From assembly GCA_963766075.1 (NCBI GenBank), contig CAVYAN010000049.1, positions 1-64,000 on the forward strand: 64,000 nucleotides of DNA, given 5' to 3'. Source of the stretch: an uncultured cyanobacterium. GTDB taxonomy: Bacteria; Cyanobacteriota; Cyanobacteriia; Leptolyngbyales; Leptolyngbyaceae. The notes beneath the pieces were generated by a model, which saw only the letters and a list, made by a program, of their open reading frames with translations, searched no databases and was not told the DNA's origin. A program made the translations under genes and the position numbers. Shown piece by piece: positions 35,501 through 47,900 of this stretch. Each line of letters starts with the position of its first letter. Position 1 is the stretch's first letter.

Positions 35501-35536
35501 CGCTGGATTTGGACAAGGGTTTGCTAGCGGTGACAT
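29505..35536 (-). CDS. Hybrid Ser/Thr kinase-AAA ATPase-GAF-PAS-histidine kinase (about 2000 aa), split by one frameshift near 33330
   Basis: Kinase HKDIKPAN/DFS, P-loop GFSGIGKT, DDLQWAD and GNPFF. After YKFFQEE the conserved YRFLHDRIQQAAY lies in another frame. Downstream are GAF, PAS, HEINNP and GKGTGLGL. Confidence 0.88.
33279..33334. repeat. 15-bp tandem repeat (GGTATCTGGGTTGCG, about 3.7 copies; QIPAT repeats in the kinase frame)
   Basis: Directly visible next to the frameshift. Confidence 0.9.
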
Positions 35537-35669
35537 AGCATTGGATAGAGGGTTCTAGTCTGCTAGAATTCCCCAAAACGAAACAGGCTGACCACTCAGC
35601 CCGCTCCCGCTCCACTGGCTTGCGTCTCCCGTCATGGCTCCCCCAGTATTATTTTTCCCAATTTTCCGA

Positions 35670-37289
35670 TCAGTCATCTTCCAAATTCAGCAGTTGCTGA
35701 TCAATCGCCTGCAGCCGAGACTTCACAACTTCATCCGATAGAATGCGCTTGCGCGACGCATCGTGTAAGGCATCTTTTTCCGCCAACAAGAGTCGTCGCC
35801 GAATCGCTTCTTTGAAATGATCCCCCACGGATGTGGTGAGTTTATTCGGACGACGGTTGTAAAAATCGCGGAGCGATCGCTCCGCCGCCGCCACCCGCAC
35901 TTGATAGGTGGCCCGCATTTCCTCATACACCGATTTTGGCAGGACTCCCGCCTTCAGCAGGGCATCCAATTCCTCCTGGGCCGCCTTGGCGGTCATCAAC
36001 TGCGACTGCAACGCTTCTAGCCATTGCTGCGAGTCGGAGGCCCGCGCCACCTGCAACCGCTGCACCAACCACGGTAAACTCACCCCCTGTCCCACCAAAG
36101 ACACCAGCACCGTACCAAACACCAAGGCAATCAACCCTTCTCGCCCAGGGATGTTTCCTGGCAGACTCAGGGCTAGGGCCATGGACAACGAGCCTTTAAT
36201 ATTGCCCAAAAACAGGACATGCTGCCAGCGGAATGGAATGGAACGATCAATCCAGCGGGCGATCGCCAACAGTGGATACACGGCGAGAAATCGCCCACAC
36301 TGATAGGCCAGCACAGCCAACAACACAGCGGGGAGGGTTCTCCCCAGCGTTTGCGGTTGAATCTCTAACCCAATCAGCAAAAAAATAAATGTATTCACCC
36401 CAAATCCGGCATATTCCCAAAAGCTCAGCACCGTAATCCGGCTGGAGGCCGACACCTTGCCGGAGCGCTCCACATTGCCAATGACCAGGCCCGCCACCAC
36501 CACCGCCACCACTCCAGATACGCCCAAAAACTGACTGACTTGAAACGCTCCCAGGGCGATCGCCACCGTCAGCAAAATATTCCCCAGCGCATCCTCCAAC
36601 AGGGCATAGAGCATCACCCCCAAGTAGCCCACGGTCAGCCCGACTAAACCGCCCCCAACCAGAATCACAAAAAATTCCTGAACGCCCTCCAGCAGCGTTA
36701 CGGAACCGGTCGCGTTGAACTTCAGGATCAAACTAAACAACACCAACGCCATTCCATCATTGAATAGGCTTTCTCCTTCCACAATGGTGATCAGGCGCGA
36801 GGGCACCGGGACTTCCTTAAAGACTGCAATCACCGATACGGTGTCCGTAATCGCCAGCATCACCCCCGCCAACAAGGCAGGCACCCAAGCCAATCCCAGG
36901 CCAAATTTCAGCATCAAGGCCGTCACGCCCGAAGCAATAATCACCCCCGGCCCCGCCAGCAAGGCGATGGGCTTCACCGTACTGCGCAGCCGACTGACAT
37001 CGGTATTAATCGAGGCTTCAAACAATAAAATCGGCAAAAATAAATTAAAAATCAACGAGGAATCTAAGCCGATTTTGCGCGGGAGCAGTTCCGCGATCGC
37101 CAGCCCCGCCACCACCAATCCCGTCACATAGGGCACCCGCAACCGCCGCGACAGCAAGGCCACCCCCGTCGCCACCAGCAGCAAAATAATTAGCACCGTA
37201 ACTAATTGCGCTACATTACCCGTACCTGCGCCAACAGCCGCCAACCAATACATCATGATTTCATAACCTAACGTGTCCGGATCAAACAC
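35670..37289 (-). CDS. CPA1-family Na+/H+ antiporter (start uncertain)
   Basis: FLPILLFEA, TDTVSV, EGESLFNDG, FWEY.GF..N and KGSLSMALAL, with a hydrophilic C-terminal tail. Confidence 0.92.
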   Translation of the reverse strand: MFDPDTLGYEIMMYWLAAVGAGTGNVAQLVTVLIILLLVATGVALLSRRLRVPYVTGLVVAGLAIAELLPRKIGLDSSLIFNLFLPILLFEASINTDVSRLRSTVKPIALLAGPGVIIASGVTALMLKFGLGLAWVPALLAGVMLAITDTVSVIAVFKEVPVPSRLITIVEGESLFNDGMALVLFSLILKFNATGSVTLLEGVQEFFVILVGGGLVGLTVGYLGVMLYALLEDALGNILLTVAIALGAFQVSQFLGVSGVVAVVVAGLVIGNVERSGKVSASSRITVLSFWEYAGFGVNTFIFLLIGLEIQPQTLGRTLPAVLLAVLAYQCGRFLAVYPLLAIARWIDRSIPFRWQHVLFLGNIKGSLSMALALSLPGNIPGREGLIALVFGTVLVSLVGQGVSLPWLVQRLQVARASDSQQWLEALQSQLMTAKAAQEELDALLKAGVLPKSVYEEMRATYQVRVAAAERSLRDFYNRRPNKLTTSVGDHFKEAIRRRLLLAEKDALHDASRKRILSDEVVKSRLQAIDQQLLNLEDD

Positions 37290-37588
37290 CGTCGTCCTGA
37301 ATTTGGATCTAGCTCCTGATCAGGATTTAACTCCTGCGTGAGATGGGGATATTGTCTGATTTAGACATATTGTGCTGATCAAAGACCCCATACTTCAATA
37401 GACCTAAATCAATTGCCCGAAAGCGCGGGGGAACCTGAATCGTCCATTCCCTTCCCGAACCCAACTATTCCTCCATACCCGTCCAATTTAGGCACCAGAT
37501 TGGGTAAGAATTCTAGGGAATGCGCTATATTACGACATCAGTATTTGTAATCATTTGGCTTTGTAATCATCTTGGAGGTTTAGCGTCA

Positions 37589-38860
37589 GTGAGCCCAAAC
37601 GTGTCCACCCTGCCCAATTTTATCGAACCCCTTCTCGACGCTGAAACGCCCTTTAGCCCCAGCGAGTTCGATACCTATGTGATGGCTACCTACGGGCGCT
37701 ATGCGATCGCCTTGGAGCGTGGCCTAGGGTGCCACGTTTGGGACACAACCGGGCGCGAATACCTGGACTTTGTCGCTGGGATTGCCACCTGCACCCTGGG
37801 GCATGCCCACCCGGCCATGGTGGCCGCAGTCACCCGCGAAATCAGTCGGCTGCACCATGTGTCTAACCTGTACTACATTCCCAATCAGGGTAACCTGGCC
37901 AAGTGGCTCGTGCAGCACTCCTGTGCCGATCGCGTCTTTTTCTGCAACTCCGGGGCCGAAGCCAACGAAGGCGCGATTAAACTGGCCCGCAAGTATGCCC
38001 ACACTGTCCTCAAAATTGAGGATCCGGTGATTATCACTGCCCATGCCAGCTTCCATGGACGCACCCTGGCCACCGTGACCGCCACGGGACAGCCCAAGTA
38101 TCAAAAAGGGTTTAGCCCCCTGGTGCCCGGTTTCTACTACGTTCCCTATAACGATATCGGGGCGCTGGAGCGAGCGCTGGACGAGCTGGACGGACGAGAT
38201 CGCCGGGTGGCAGCCATCATGCTGGAGCCGCTCCAAGGGGAAGGCGGGGTTAATCCCGGCAAGGTGGAGTACTTCCAACAGATTCGTCAGCTGTGTGATC
38301 AAAAGGGAATTTTGCTCATCCTCGACGAGGTGCAAGTCGGCATGGGTCGCTCTGGCACCCTTTGGGGCCATGAGCAGTTAGGCATTGAACCGGATATTTT
38401 CACCTCGGCCAAGGGGTTAGGCGGCGGGGTGCCCATTGGCGCGCTGCTCTGCAAGTCCATTTGCGATATTTTTCAGCCCGGAGACCATGCCAGTACCTTC
38501 GGCGGCAATCCCTTTGTCTGTGGCGTGGCCCTAGAGGTCTGCCAAACCATTGAGCGCGATCGCCTGCTGGAGAATGTGAATGCGCGGGGAGAACAGTTGC
38601 GGAGTGGACTGCGGGCGATCGCGGCTAAATATCCTGAAAAAATCGCCGATGTTCGAGGCTGGGGCTTAATCAACGGGCTAGAGATTAGGGCGGAGAGTCC
38701 GTTAACCTCTCCCGATATTGTCAAATCAGCCATGGCTAGCGGCCTCTTACTGGTTCCCGCGGGTCCCAAGGTGGTGCGATTTGTACCACCGCTGATTGTC
38801 TCGGCTGCCGAGATTGATCAGGCGCTCGGGTGCGTAGAGCAGGCGTTTGCATTGCTGTAA
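37589..38860 (+). CDS. argD: Acetylornithine aminotransferase
   Basis: YLDFVAGIA, FCNSGAEANE, FHGRT, EPLQGEGG, DEVQ.G.GR, AKGLGGG and HASTFGGNP. Confidence 0.93.
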   Translation: MSPNVSTLPNFIEPLLDAETPFSPSEFDTYVMATYGRYAIALERGLGCHVWDTTGREYLDFVAGIATCTLGHAHPAMVAAVTREISRLHHVSNLYYIPNQGNLAKWLVQHSCADRVFFCNSGAEANEGAIKLARKYAHTVLKIEDPVIITAHASFHGRTLATVTATGQPKYQKGFSPLVPGFYYVPYNDIGALERALDELDGRDRRVAAIMLEPLQGEGGVNPGKVEYFQQIRQLCDQKGILLILDEVQVGMGRSGTLWGHEQLGIEPDIFTSAKGLGGGVPIGALLCKSICDIFQPGDHASTFGGNPFVCGVALEVCQTIERDRLLENVNARGEQLRSGLRAIAAKYPEKIADVRGWGLINGLEIRAESPLTSPDIVKSAMASGLLLVPAGPKVVRFVPPLIVSAAEIDQALGCVEQAFALL

Positions 38861-38990
38861 TTGGCGCTATTCCTGAGCTTGCACCGCCCCTTTGCAACAG
38901 TCACTGACTAGCTGACCCGTCCAGGGAGCCAACTCGTCCCTGATCTGGGGGATGAGTTGTTGATCTGGGCGATCGATCGGGCGATCGCCC

Positions 38991-39452
38991 TTAGCCACAC
39001 CGGGGCCGCAAGCCGTGGTGGCGATAGGCGAGGTAATCTCGGAGAATGCGATCGTGATCAAAGCACAGGCTTTGTGGGATTTCCCAGGGGGCAAAGATCC
39101 CCACGGATTTGGCATCGTCGTCGGCTTGGGGGGTGCCCCAGGCAGTGGCCAGAAACACGATGCTGATGGTGTGCTGGCGCGGATCGCGATCGGGGGCGGA
39201 ATAGACCTGGAACTGTTCAATTAAGCTCACGGTGAGCCCGACTTCTTCGAGGGCTTCCCGCTGGGCCGCAGTTTCTACGGATTCGCCATAGTCCACGAAA
39301 CCGCCGGGAATAGCCCAGCCGTGGGGCGGATTCAACCGCTCGATCAGCACGATGGGCCGATGGGGGCGATCGCCCAGTTCAATAATGATATCGACGGTCG
39401 GAGCAGGATTGCGATAGGTCACGGTGGCGGCCACGTACAACATGTTTATCAT
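38991..39452 (-). CDS. Nudix hydrolase
   Basis: Nudix box [24 protein letters not shown], plus RDPR and LCFDH. Confidence 0.93.
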   Translation of the reverse strand: MINMLYVAATVTYRNPAPTVDIIIELGDRPHRPIVLIERLNPPHGWAIPGGFVDYGESVETAAQREALEEVGLTVSLIEQFQVYSAPDRDPRQHTISIVFLATAWGTPQADDDAKSVGIFAPWEIPQSLCFDHDRILRDYLAYRHHGLRPRCG

Positions 39453-39536
39453 GCCCGGTTAGCGGCCCCGATGGGTGGGCAATCGCGCCGTTTTTTCAGA
39501 TTATTCCTGGAGATTATTCTTGATTATTCCTTGAGA

Positions 39537-41005
39537 TTATTCTTTGGGATGTGCTTTGGGGTTGGCCTTGAGATTCACCTTGGCCCGCAGCTCTGCTTTG
39601 ATGCGGCTCAGGATAGAGGCTTCGTCGAGGGATGCCAAAATCCGGGTCACCACGGCTTTGGGACCTTCTGGCCCCCAGGAGGCCCCATTGGCCAGATAGG
39701 TTTTGGCCACTTGCCCGATCCCATAGGACGACACGCCCGCTACCCCCGCCTGGGTCACCGCCACAGACACATAGGCCCCCAGCGACAAGCCTCCCGTAGC
39801 CGGAACCGCCGTACCCAGCAGGAGCTTGAGGGAACTCAAGCCCAGGGTCGCGACCAATTCGCTCGCTGTAATCCCACCCATGGTCAAGGCAATTTTTTGG
39901 AGCAGCCCCAACGCCCCTTGCTGGGTCATAGCAATGCCGTAGAGCTTCGACAGGGCCAGGATCATCGCGATATCAATCACGGCGCTGCTGACCACATCGA
40001 CAATGGTGAGCGGATTCAGGGCGATCGCCACAGCCTTGGTCATCACGCCATTCCAGATCACCCGATTGGCACCCTGTTCGCGAATTTCCAGCTTGCGGGC
40101 TACCAGTTGTTCATGAATATCGTGCGTAAACAGCATGGTGTTCAGCGCCACCAGGGACTTGCCCTCGCGATGGAGCACCTCAAGAATTTTCAGCTTTAGG
40201 TCTTCGACTTGGGGCACCCCCGTGCTGAGCTTGGCCACCAGTCGCCCATCGGCTTGGCGCACGGCTTGAGCCACGAGCGGAGAGGCCGCTGCCATCACAA
40301 TTTCATCCGGCGATAAAATTTCTTTCACCCGCTCATCCCGAATTTTGTGGTACACCGCAAGGCGATCGGTGTCCGGATATTGATCAATTTTGTTAAACAC
40401 GAGAATGATTGGCTTGCTGGCATCCCGCAGCGCTGAAAGAGCCTGATACTCGACCTTGGTAATGTCCCCCGAGACCAAAAACAAAATCAGGTCGGCCTGT
40501 TGGGCGATCGCCCGAGCTAGCGCTTCCCGATCTTCACCATTCACTTCATCGATGCCGGGAGTGTCGATCAGCTCAATACTGGAGTTCCCCATACTGGGCA
40601 GGGCCACCCGCAGGAGGGGCGATCGCTGCCCTTGACAGCTTCCTGGCTCATGCGCCATTGGGCGGTTTGGCACTGTTGCGTTACCCCATGGATCGGGCCC
40701 GTTTCAAACACGGTCTCGCCCAGGAGCGCATTCAGCAACGAGGATTTACCGCGCCCTACCATACCAAAGACGGCAATGTGAACCACTTGGCGATCAAGCT
40801 TGTCCAACATGGAGGTCAATCCGCCAATTTCGGGTTCCAAGCCGCGCCGTTCTGTCGCAGTCAAATCCAGTTTGCCAATCAAATCGCGCAGCACGGTTTG
40901 GGCTTGCCGATAGTTGAGTTCCGCTTTGATATCGTCAAAACTCAAGATCGCATCGTCTAATTCCTGCTGGAATTCAGGCGGAGTTGGGGATGAAGGAGAG
41001 GACAT
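39537..41005 (-). CDS. GTP-binding protein (Era-like G domain plus DUF697-like C-terminus), split by a frameshift near 40617
   Basis: GMVGRGKSS and HGVT are in ORF 40568-41044, while DTPGIDE and NKID are in ORF 39537-40673. One extra C in the coding-strand CCCC run joins them. Confidence 0.85.
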
Positions 41006-41274
41006 GGGAAGACTCTTGTTGCACAGTGAATGCCACGGACGCATGACCGGGCTGACCTACTGATCTGGATGATAGCGGTTTCGCTGAGCAACGACAGCCC
41101 AGCTCAAACGCAACCACACGCCCTAAACGGCCACCCCAACAACAAACGGCCATCCAACAACGCGTTTCACCTTGCCCCGACGATGCCCCCGACAATAACC
41201 CCGGCAGTGAGGGCGTTGCTAACCCTTGGCGCGCCTGAGCGCGCCTACCCCCACTCCCACCAAAGCCGAAACGC

Positions 41275-43147
41275 TCAGGCGGGCACTTCAATTTTTTGGC
41301 TGCCCGCTAGGCCAAAGGCCGCATGAACCACCTGTAGGGCTTTTACGCCATCGTCCTCCGCCACAACGCAACTGACTTTGATTTCCGATGTGGCAATCAT
41401 TTGAATATTGATTTGAGCTTGAGCCAGGGACTGAACAACTGGGCTGCCACACCCGGGAACCCCACCATGTGGGCACCGACAATACTGACCTTGGCGATCG
41501 CCCGGTCCACCACAATTTCCCCACAGCCCAGATCCGCCGCCAGCAAGGCCGATTGGGCGGTTTCCGCGTCAGCCCGCGCCACCGTAAACGCAATATCCCG
41601 CGTCGGCAGACCCTCCACCACCCGACAGCGCTGGGATTGAATAATCATGTCCACACTCACCCCAGCCTGGGCCAGGATTTGGAAAATCTGAGCCGCCATG
41701 CCAGGGCGATCCGGCACCTGGCGAATGGCAAGCCGTGCCTGTCCCGATCCAGAGCGACCCCGCGCACCGGGCCCCAACTTCCCGCCGTTTCGGGATGTCC
41801 AGGGGCCTCAACGCCACTCTTCATCGGCGAATTGGACACCGCAAAGGAGTCACATAACACGGCGATCGCCCGATCGCAATCCGCCGCATCAACCACACAA
41901 CTGACCTTAATCTCGGAGGTCGAAATCATCTGAATATTCACACCCGCCGCCGCCAGCGTCGTGAACATTTGGGCCGCCACCCCAGGCCGACCAATCATCC
42001 CGGCTCCCGCAATCGCCACCTTGGCAATCTGCTGTTTCACCATGACCTCCGGCGTGCCACCCCGCAAATCCGCCGCCGTAATCGGCGCTGAGCGATCCGG
42101 TGCCGCACGATCCAGGGCGCTCAGCGAGGAAGCGCACAGCGCTGGCACAATCGCACTGGCAACCGCCGTGGCACGGCTCAGGGAATCCTGGGTAACCGTG
42201 AAGGCAATATCATTGGTGTTGCCCTCGTGAATCGATTGAATGATCAGATCCACATCCAAGGACTGACGGGCAATTTCGCCAAACAGTTTTGCCGCCACAC
42301 CGGGGCGATCGGGCACCCGCAGCAGCGACACCTTAGCCTGATCCAGATCAAATTCCACACTATCTACTGGCAGCGCCAGTTCCAAGCCCTCCAAGGGTCG
42401 GGGTTTAGGCTGAGGCGACGTCACCCAGGTGCCCGGTTCCTGACTCCAGCTCGATCGCACCACCAAGGGCATGCCATAGTTACGGGCAATTTCCACCGCC
42501 CGCGGATGCAGCACCTTGGCCCCCAAACTGGCCAACTCCAGCATTTCATCACAGGTGATCTCCGTCATCAACTGGGCTTCCGGCACCAGGCGCGGATCCG
42601 TGGTCAAAATTCCGGGCACGTCTGTATAAATCTCACAGAAATCCGCCTGCAAGGCCGCCGCCAAAGCCACCGCTGATGTATCCGACCCCCCCCGGCCCAG
42701 GGTAGTAATTTCCAGATCATCCAAGTTGCTAATGCCCTGGAATCCCGCCACCACGACCACCTTCCCTTCCTGCAAGTGGCGCTCTAGGCGATCGGTTTCA
42801 ATTCGTAGAATGCGGGCACGGGTATGCTCAGCCTCTGTCACAATCCCCACCTGGGCTCCCGTAAGAGAAATTGCGGGCTGCCCTAGTTCCTGAAGGGCCA
42901 TGCTCAGAAGCGCAATAGTCACTTGTTCGCCGGTGGACAGCAGCATATCCATTTCCCGCCGACTGGGGTTAGGGGAAATATCACTGGCTAGCTTGACCAA
43001 GCCATCGGTGGTTTTGCCCATGGCCGAAACGACCACCACCACGGAATTTCCGGCTTGGGCGGTAGTCAGGACCCGCTGGGCCACTGCCTGAATTCGTTCC
43101 ACCGTACCCACCGACGTGCCGCCATATTTCTGAACGATTAGCGCCAT
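41275..43147 (-). CDS. lysC: Aspartate kinase (cyanobacterial, four ACT domains), with frameshifts near 41740 and 41430
   Basis: [23 protein letters not shown] and DVPG..T.DPR. ACT repeats continue in shifted frames to ...[17 protein letters not shown] (TGA at 41275-41277). Confidence 0.9.
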
Positions 43148-43359
43148 AGCTCCGCTTACCCAGTCGATCGCAGTTGACAATTACAGTTGACATTAATCAT
43201 GCCGTAATTTGTCCCGATTTGGCTGATTTTTGGGCGATCGCCCCCACCCAAACCGCCCCCGCCATCAATCCAGCCCCGCTGGGATGGCGTGCGGATGCGC
43301 TCCCCCATATTCGCCATTACAATCGGCAAAGGGATCACCACTCAAGAGACACTGCCTGT

Positions 43360-44172
43360 ATGTGCCAACTGCTGGGGATGAACTGCAATGTACCCACGGA
43401 TATTTGCTTTTCCTTTGAGGGGTTTTGTGCGCGTGGGGGCAAAACCGACGAACATCGCGATGGCTGGGGGATTGCGTTTTTTGAGGAGCGCGGCTGTCGC
43501 CTCTTCCTAGATGACAAGCCATCCATTGCTTCGCCCATTGCCGAACTGGTCCGTCGCTATCCGCTGAAATCCTGTAACGTAATTGCCCATATTCGCAAAG
43601 CCACCTTTGGCGCGGTCCGCCTGGAAAATTGCCATCCGTTTCAGCGGGAGATGTGGGGGCGCTACTGGCTCTTTGCCCACAATGGCGACTTGCCAAACTT
43701 TCACTATGATAGCCAGGGCTACTATCGCCCGGTAGGCACCACGGATAGCGAGCAGGCATTTTGCTGCATCCTAGAAACCCTGCGGCAACGATTTCCCCAG
43801 GGCAAGCCATCCTTGGCAGAGCTTTATCCGGTTCTGCAAGCGGTGACCCAGGACATTGCCCAATTTGGCATCTTTAATTACCTGTTTTCTGATGGAGAGC
43901 ATTTATTCGTCCACTGCTCCACCAAGCTGAGCTATATCGTTCGCCAAGCCCCCTTCGCCGCCGCTCATTTAATTGATGAGGACGTCACCGTAGATTTTCA
44001 AGAGCTAACCGGGGACAGCGATCGCGTAGCCGTGATTGCGACTGTCCCGCTAACGGATAATGAGGAATGGACCGCGATCGCCCCGGGCGAACTGCTGGTG
44101 TTTCAGGATGGCATGCCCCACGCCCCAGAGACTCTGCTGGGAGCACAGACCAGGGGCGGGAGCGATTCCTAG
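43360..44172 (+). CDS. Class II glutamine amidotransferase (YafJ-like)
   Basis: MCQLLG (N-terminal nucleophile Cys), HRDGWG, AHIRKAT, NCHPF, FAHNG and GTTDSE. Confidence 0.93.
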   Translation: MCQLLGMNCNVPTDICFSFEGFCARGGKTDEHRDGWGIAFFEERGCRLFLDDKPSIASPIAELVRRYPLKSCNVIAHIRKATFGAVRLENCHPFQREMWGRYWLFAHNGDLPNFHYDSQGYYRPVGTTDSEQAFCCILETLRQRFPQGKPSLAELYPVLQAVTQDIAQFGIFNYLFSDGEHLFVHCSTKLSYIVRQAPFAAAHLIDEDVTVDFQELTGDSDRVAVIATVPLTDNEEWTAIAPGELLVFQDGMPHAPETLLGAQTRGGSDS

Positions 44173-44210
44173 AATTCCTAGAATTCCTAAATGATCTGGC
44201 CTGAGAACTT

Positions 44211-44801
44211 TTACGCCGCCGCGACGGGCGTTTTTTGAATCACCTGGTCAATCAAACCATAGGCTCTGGATTCTTCTGCTGACATAAAGAAGTCACGCTC
44301 GGTATCTTCAACAATCTTGTCAAAGGGTTGCCCGGTGTGCTCCGCCAAAATTTCATTTAGGCGTTGCTTGTGGTACAGAATTTCCTTAGCTTGGATTTCA
44401 ATATCGACTGCCTGCCCCTGAGCCCCGCCCAGCGGTTGGTGAATCATGATCCGGGAGTGCGGTAAACTCATGCGCTTGCCCTTAGTACCAGAACTCAGCA
44501 GGAATGCACCCATGCTGGCCGCCAATCCTACGCAAATCGTCGAAACCTGGGGACGAATGTGCTTGATCGTGTCGTAAATGCCCATGCCCGCCGTCACCGA
44601 GCCACCCGGAGAATTGATATAGAGATAAATATCTTTCTCAGAATCTTCCGCATCGAGGAACAGCAACTGCGCCACGATCAGGTTGGCCACATCTGAATCG
44701 ATCGCCTGTCCCAAAAAGACGATGCGCTCCCGCAATAGGCGCGAATAAATATCAAAGGCACGTTCGCCCCGACCAGACTGTTCAATTACGGTAGGAATCA
44801 T
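44211..44801 (-). CDS. clpP: ATP-dependent Clp protease proteolytic subunit
   Basis: [31 protein letters not shown] and ERDFFM. Confidence 0.96.
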   Translation of the reverse strand: MIPTVIEQSGRGERAFDIYSRLLRERIVFLGQAIDSDVANLIVAQLLFLDAEDSEKDIYLYINSPGGSVTAGMGIYDTIKHIRPQVSTICVGLAASMGAFLLSSGTKGKRMSLPHSRIMIHQPLGGAQGQAVDIEIQAKEILYHKQRLNEILAEHTGQPFDKIVEDTERDFFMSAEESRAYGLIDQVIQKTPVAAA

Positions 44802-44999
44802 GGAGTCGCCCAAAAATCAGAGAGTCCCCCTATTCTACCGTGGCAACTGCCTGCCCAACCCCCAAACCAGGTTGGGCAAACCGAACTCCGGATTTAGGGT
44901 TACATTAATGAGGGTTTGGACAGGGGACGGGGAATCAATCCGGCGTCATCGGTCCAGGTCTGCTCTCCTAAAAACTATTCACTTTTCTTCACTCTGACG

Positions 45000-47900
45000 A
45001 TGACACAGCCCACGGAGCCAGGAAAAGAACCGCAGTCCAATCCTCAGCCCCAGGGGGAAACCCAGGGAGGGAACGCTCTGGGGGAGTTCTTGCCAAACTG
45101 GGGCGGACGGCGACTGCGAAAAGTAGTTCTGCCCGCGGGCGGAGTACTGCTGGCGGGCACCGTGGGCGGGCTGTGGTGGGGAACCCACTGGATCAAGCAC
45201 AATCTCGCGCCTTTGGTGGCCGAAAACCTCAGCCGCAGCTTGGAGCGTCCCGTGAATCTGGGACCGTTAGAACGCTTTAGTCTAACCGGCCTTCGGTTCG
45301 GGCGCTCGGCGATTCCCCCCACGCCCACGGATCCCGATCAGGTCAGCCTGGACGCGGTCGAAGTCAGCTTTGACCCAATCAAAATTCTCACGACACGGGA
45401 TCTGAATCTAGATGTCACCTTGGTTAAACCCAAGCTGCGCCTTGAGCAAGATGCCCAAGGATTGTGGATAACGACCAAAATTGAGGAAAAAAAAGAAGAC
45501 GGTCCGGTAAAGATCGTCCTGAAAAGCCTGCGGTTTCAGGATGCGGACATTTCCCTCGTCCCTACGCGCAAGGTGGGCAAAGGATTGGCATCAGCGATCG
45601 CCCTGGCTCACGCCAACGGGCGCGTTGACTTTGGGGACCGCAACCAACGGTTCACCTATCAACTCCAAGGGCAGGCATCCACGGGCGGGCAGCTCGATTT
45701 GTCTGGAGAAACCCAGGCCAAGCCTCTGCAAACCACGCTCCGGATTAAGGCCCAGGATATGGCCGTGGCCGAATATCGATCGCCTGCTCAAACTGCCCAT
45801 CAACCTACCGGCGGGTCGAGCCGATGGCAATCTGGAGATCACCATTCTGCCGAATCAAACCCAGCCCAATTTGATGGGAACCGCCACCGTGCGCCAGGTC
45901 ACCCTGGAAATTCCCCGCGCCCCCACCCCCCTGACCCAAATTGCCGGTAACTTACGGTTCAACGGCTCCGAAATCCGTCTGGATCAGGTCAAGGCGCGCT
46001 ACGGTACGGTGCCCTTCCAGGCCATGGGCAGCCTCGATACCCGGACTGGTTTCAACCTGAAGGCCCAGGTTCCTGCTGTGGACCTCAGCGCCGTGGTGAA
46101 AACCCTCAACCTGACGCTGCCCTTTGCCGCAACGGGGAAAGTCGTTGCCGATCTCAACCTGACCGGAGCCTTGACCCAGCCCCGCTTGACGGGGACCGCC
46201 CGTACCACCAAGGTCAGCACACTGGATCGGGTCGCCCTCAGCCGCGTCAGCACCCAGTTTGAGTTTGATCCCCAGGCCATGCTTGTGCGTTTTCCCCGCA
46301 TTGCAGCGACCCCTGCCGCTGGGGGGAAAGTGATTGGTTCAGGGCCAGGTGCAACTGGGTACGGGGCAACCCGACGCAGTGCCCCAACTGGCATTTAATT
46401 TCCAGGCCGCAGAGGTTTCAGGCGATGCGATCGCCCCCGCCTACAACGACGGCAATCCCTTGCCGATCACCCTGGGGCGGATGAGTGCCCAAGTGCAAAT
46501 CACGGGCTCCGCGGCCAACCCCCAAACCCTGGTGCGCTGGCAAGCCCCCGCGGCCACCTATGCCGGAGCCGGGGAAATTCTGATCGCGGGGGGACGCACC
46601 ACCCTCCGCACCACCCAGTTGAACGTCGCAGGCGGGACCGTCAACGTCGCTGGCCAAGCCTTCCAGGGCAAATGGCAGGGCACCGCGGTGGCCCAAAAAA
46701 TTCCCCTCAAGGCTTTTTCGGCGGATTTGCGGGGTAATTTCAATGGCCAGTTTAATCTGGCAGGCACCCTAGACTCCTTCCGACCCGCCGATATTCGCGC
46801 CCAGGGAGAAGCAACCTTTTCCGAGGGGCTATCGGTCATTCGCCAGCCCATGACGGCTCAGGTGCAGTGGGATGGCCAAAAACTTGCCGTCCAGCGGGCC
46901 ACGGCTCCTGGATTTAGCGCCACTGGCGCGGTGTTTGCCAAACTGGAAGGGGCGGGTGCCCCGGCAATCACGGGTCTAGACCTGAATGTGAATGCTACGA
47001 ATTTGAGTTTGCAGGATTTGGCGATTCCTACACCCAGCACTATCCAACTGGCCGGACGCACAGATTTTACCGGGCGGATCACCGGCAGTGCGGCGGCTCC
47101 TCGGGTCACAGGGAATGTGAACCTGCGGGATTTGATGGTGAATGGAACGGCCTTTGAGAAGCAGATGCAGGGCACGGTGACGGTGGCTCAGGGGGTGGAT
47201 ATCAAACTGGCAGGAGTGCGCGATCGCATCGCCCTCACCCTGAATGCCAACAATCAAGTCACGGCCTTTGACGTGCGCCAGGGGAATGCGATCGCCAAAG
47301 GCACGGGCCAAGGCGATCTGCTCAACATTCAGGCCCAAAACTTGCCCTTGGCCCTGCTGCTGCCCCGCAGTACCGCCGCCCTGCTCAGCCTCGGCGGCGA
47401 ACTCAACGGGACTTTGGCTGTTAATGTTGCAACACTGGCCGTCGCAGGGCAAGTCGATGTCAAAAATCCAGAGGTCAACGGGTTTCGGGCCAATCAGTTT
47501 GGTGGCCGCATCAGCTTTGCCAACGGCGTCGCGACCCTCACGGAAACCGCCCTGACGCGCGGCAAAACAACCCTGCAACTCAGCGGCAGCGCCAATGTTC
47601 TGAGTGCCGATCCCCAGATCAAAGGCCAAGTCAAAGTCGTCCAGGGCCGACTCCAGGATGTGCTGCAATTGGCCCAACTGTTCGATCTGGAAGACCTGAC
47701 CCCATTCAAACGCCCGATCACCCGTTCTGCGGCAGATTTAACGACGGTCCCGGTTGCGCTGGCCAATGCGTCTATTTTCAATCGGCTGCGGCGGCTCTCG
47801 GAGGTGCAAGCCTTCTTCGCCCAACGAGACCAGGAGCGTCAAGAGGCACTACTCCCCGACTTGCGAGATTTACAGGGCGACTTCAGCGTTGATGTGAGCG

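Noticed and set aside
39321..40199. Long antisense ORFs (also 15465-16163, 23606-24205, 37724-38371, 52626-53741)
   Set aside because: These are shadow frames opposite well-supported genes and contain no recognisable motifs.
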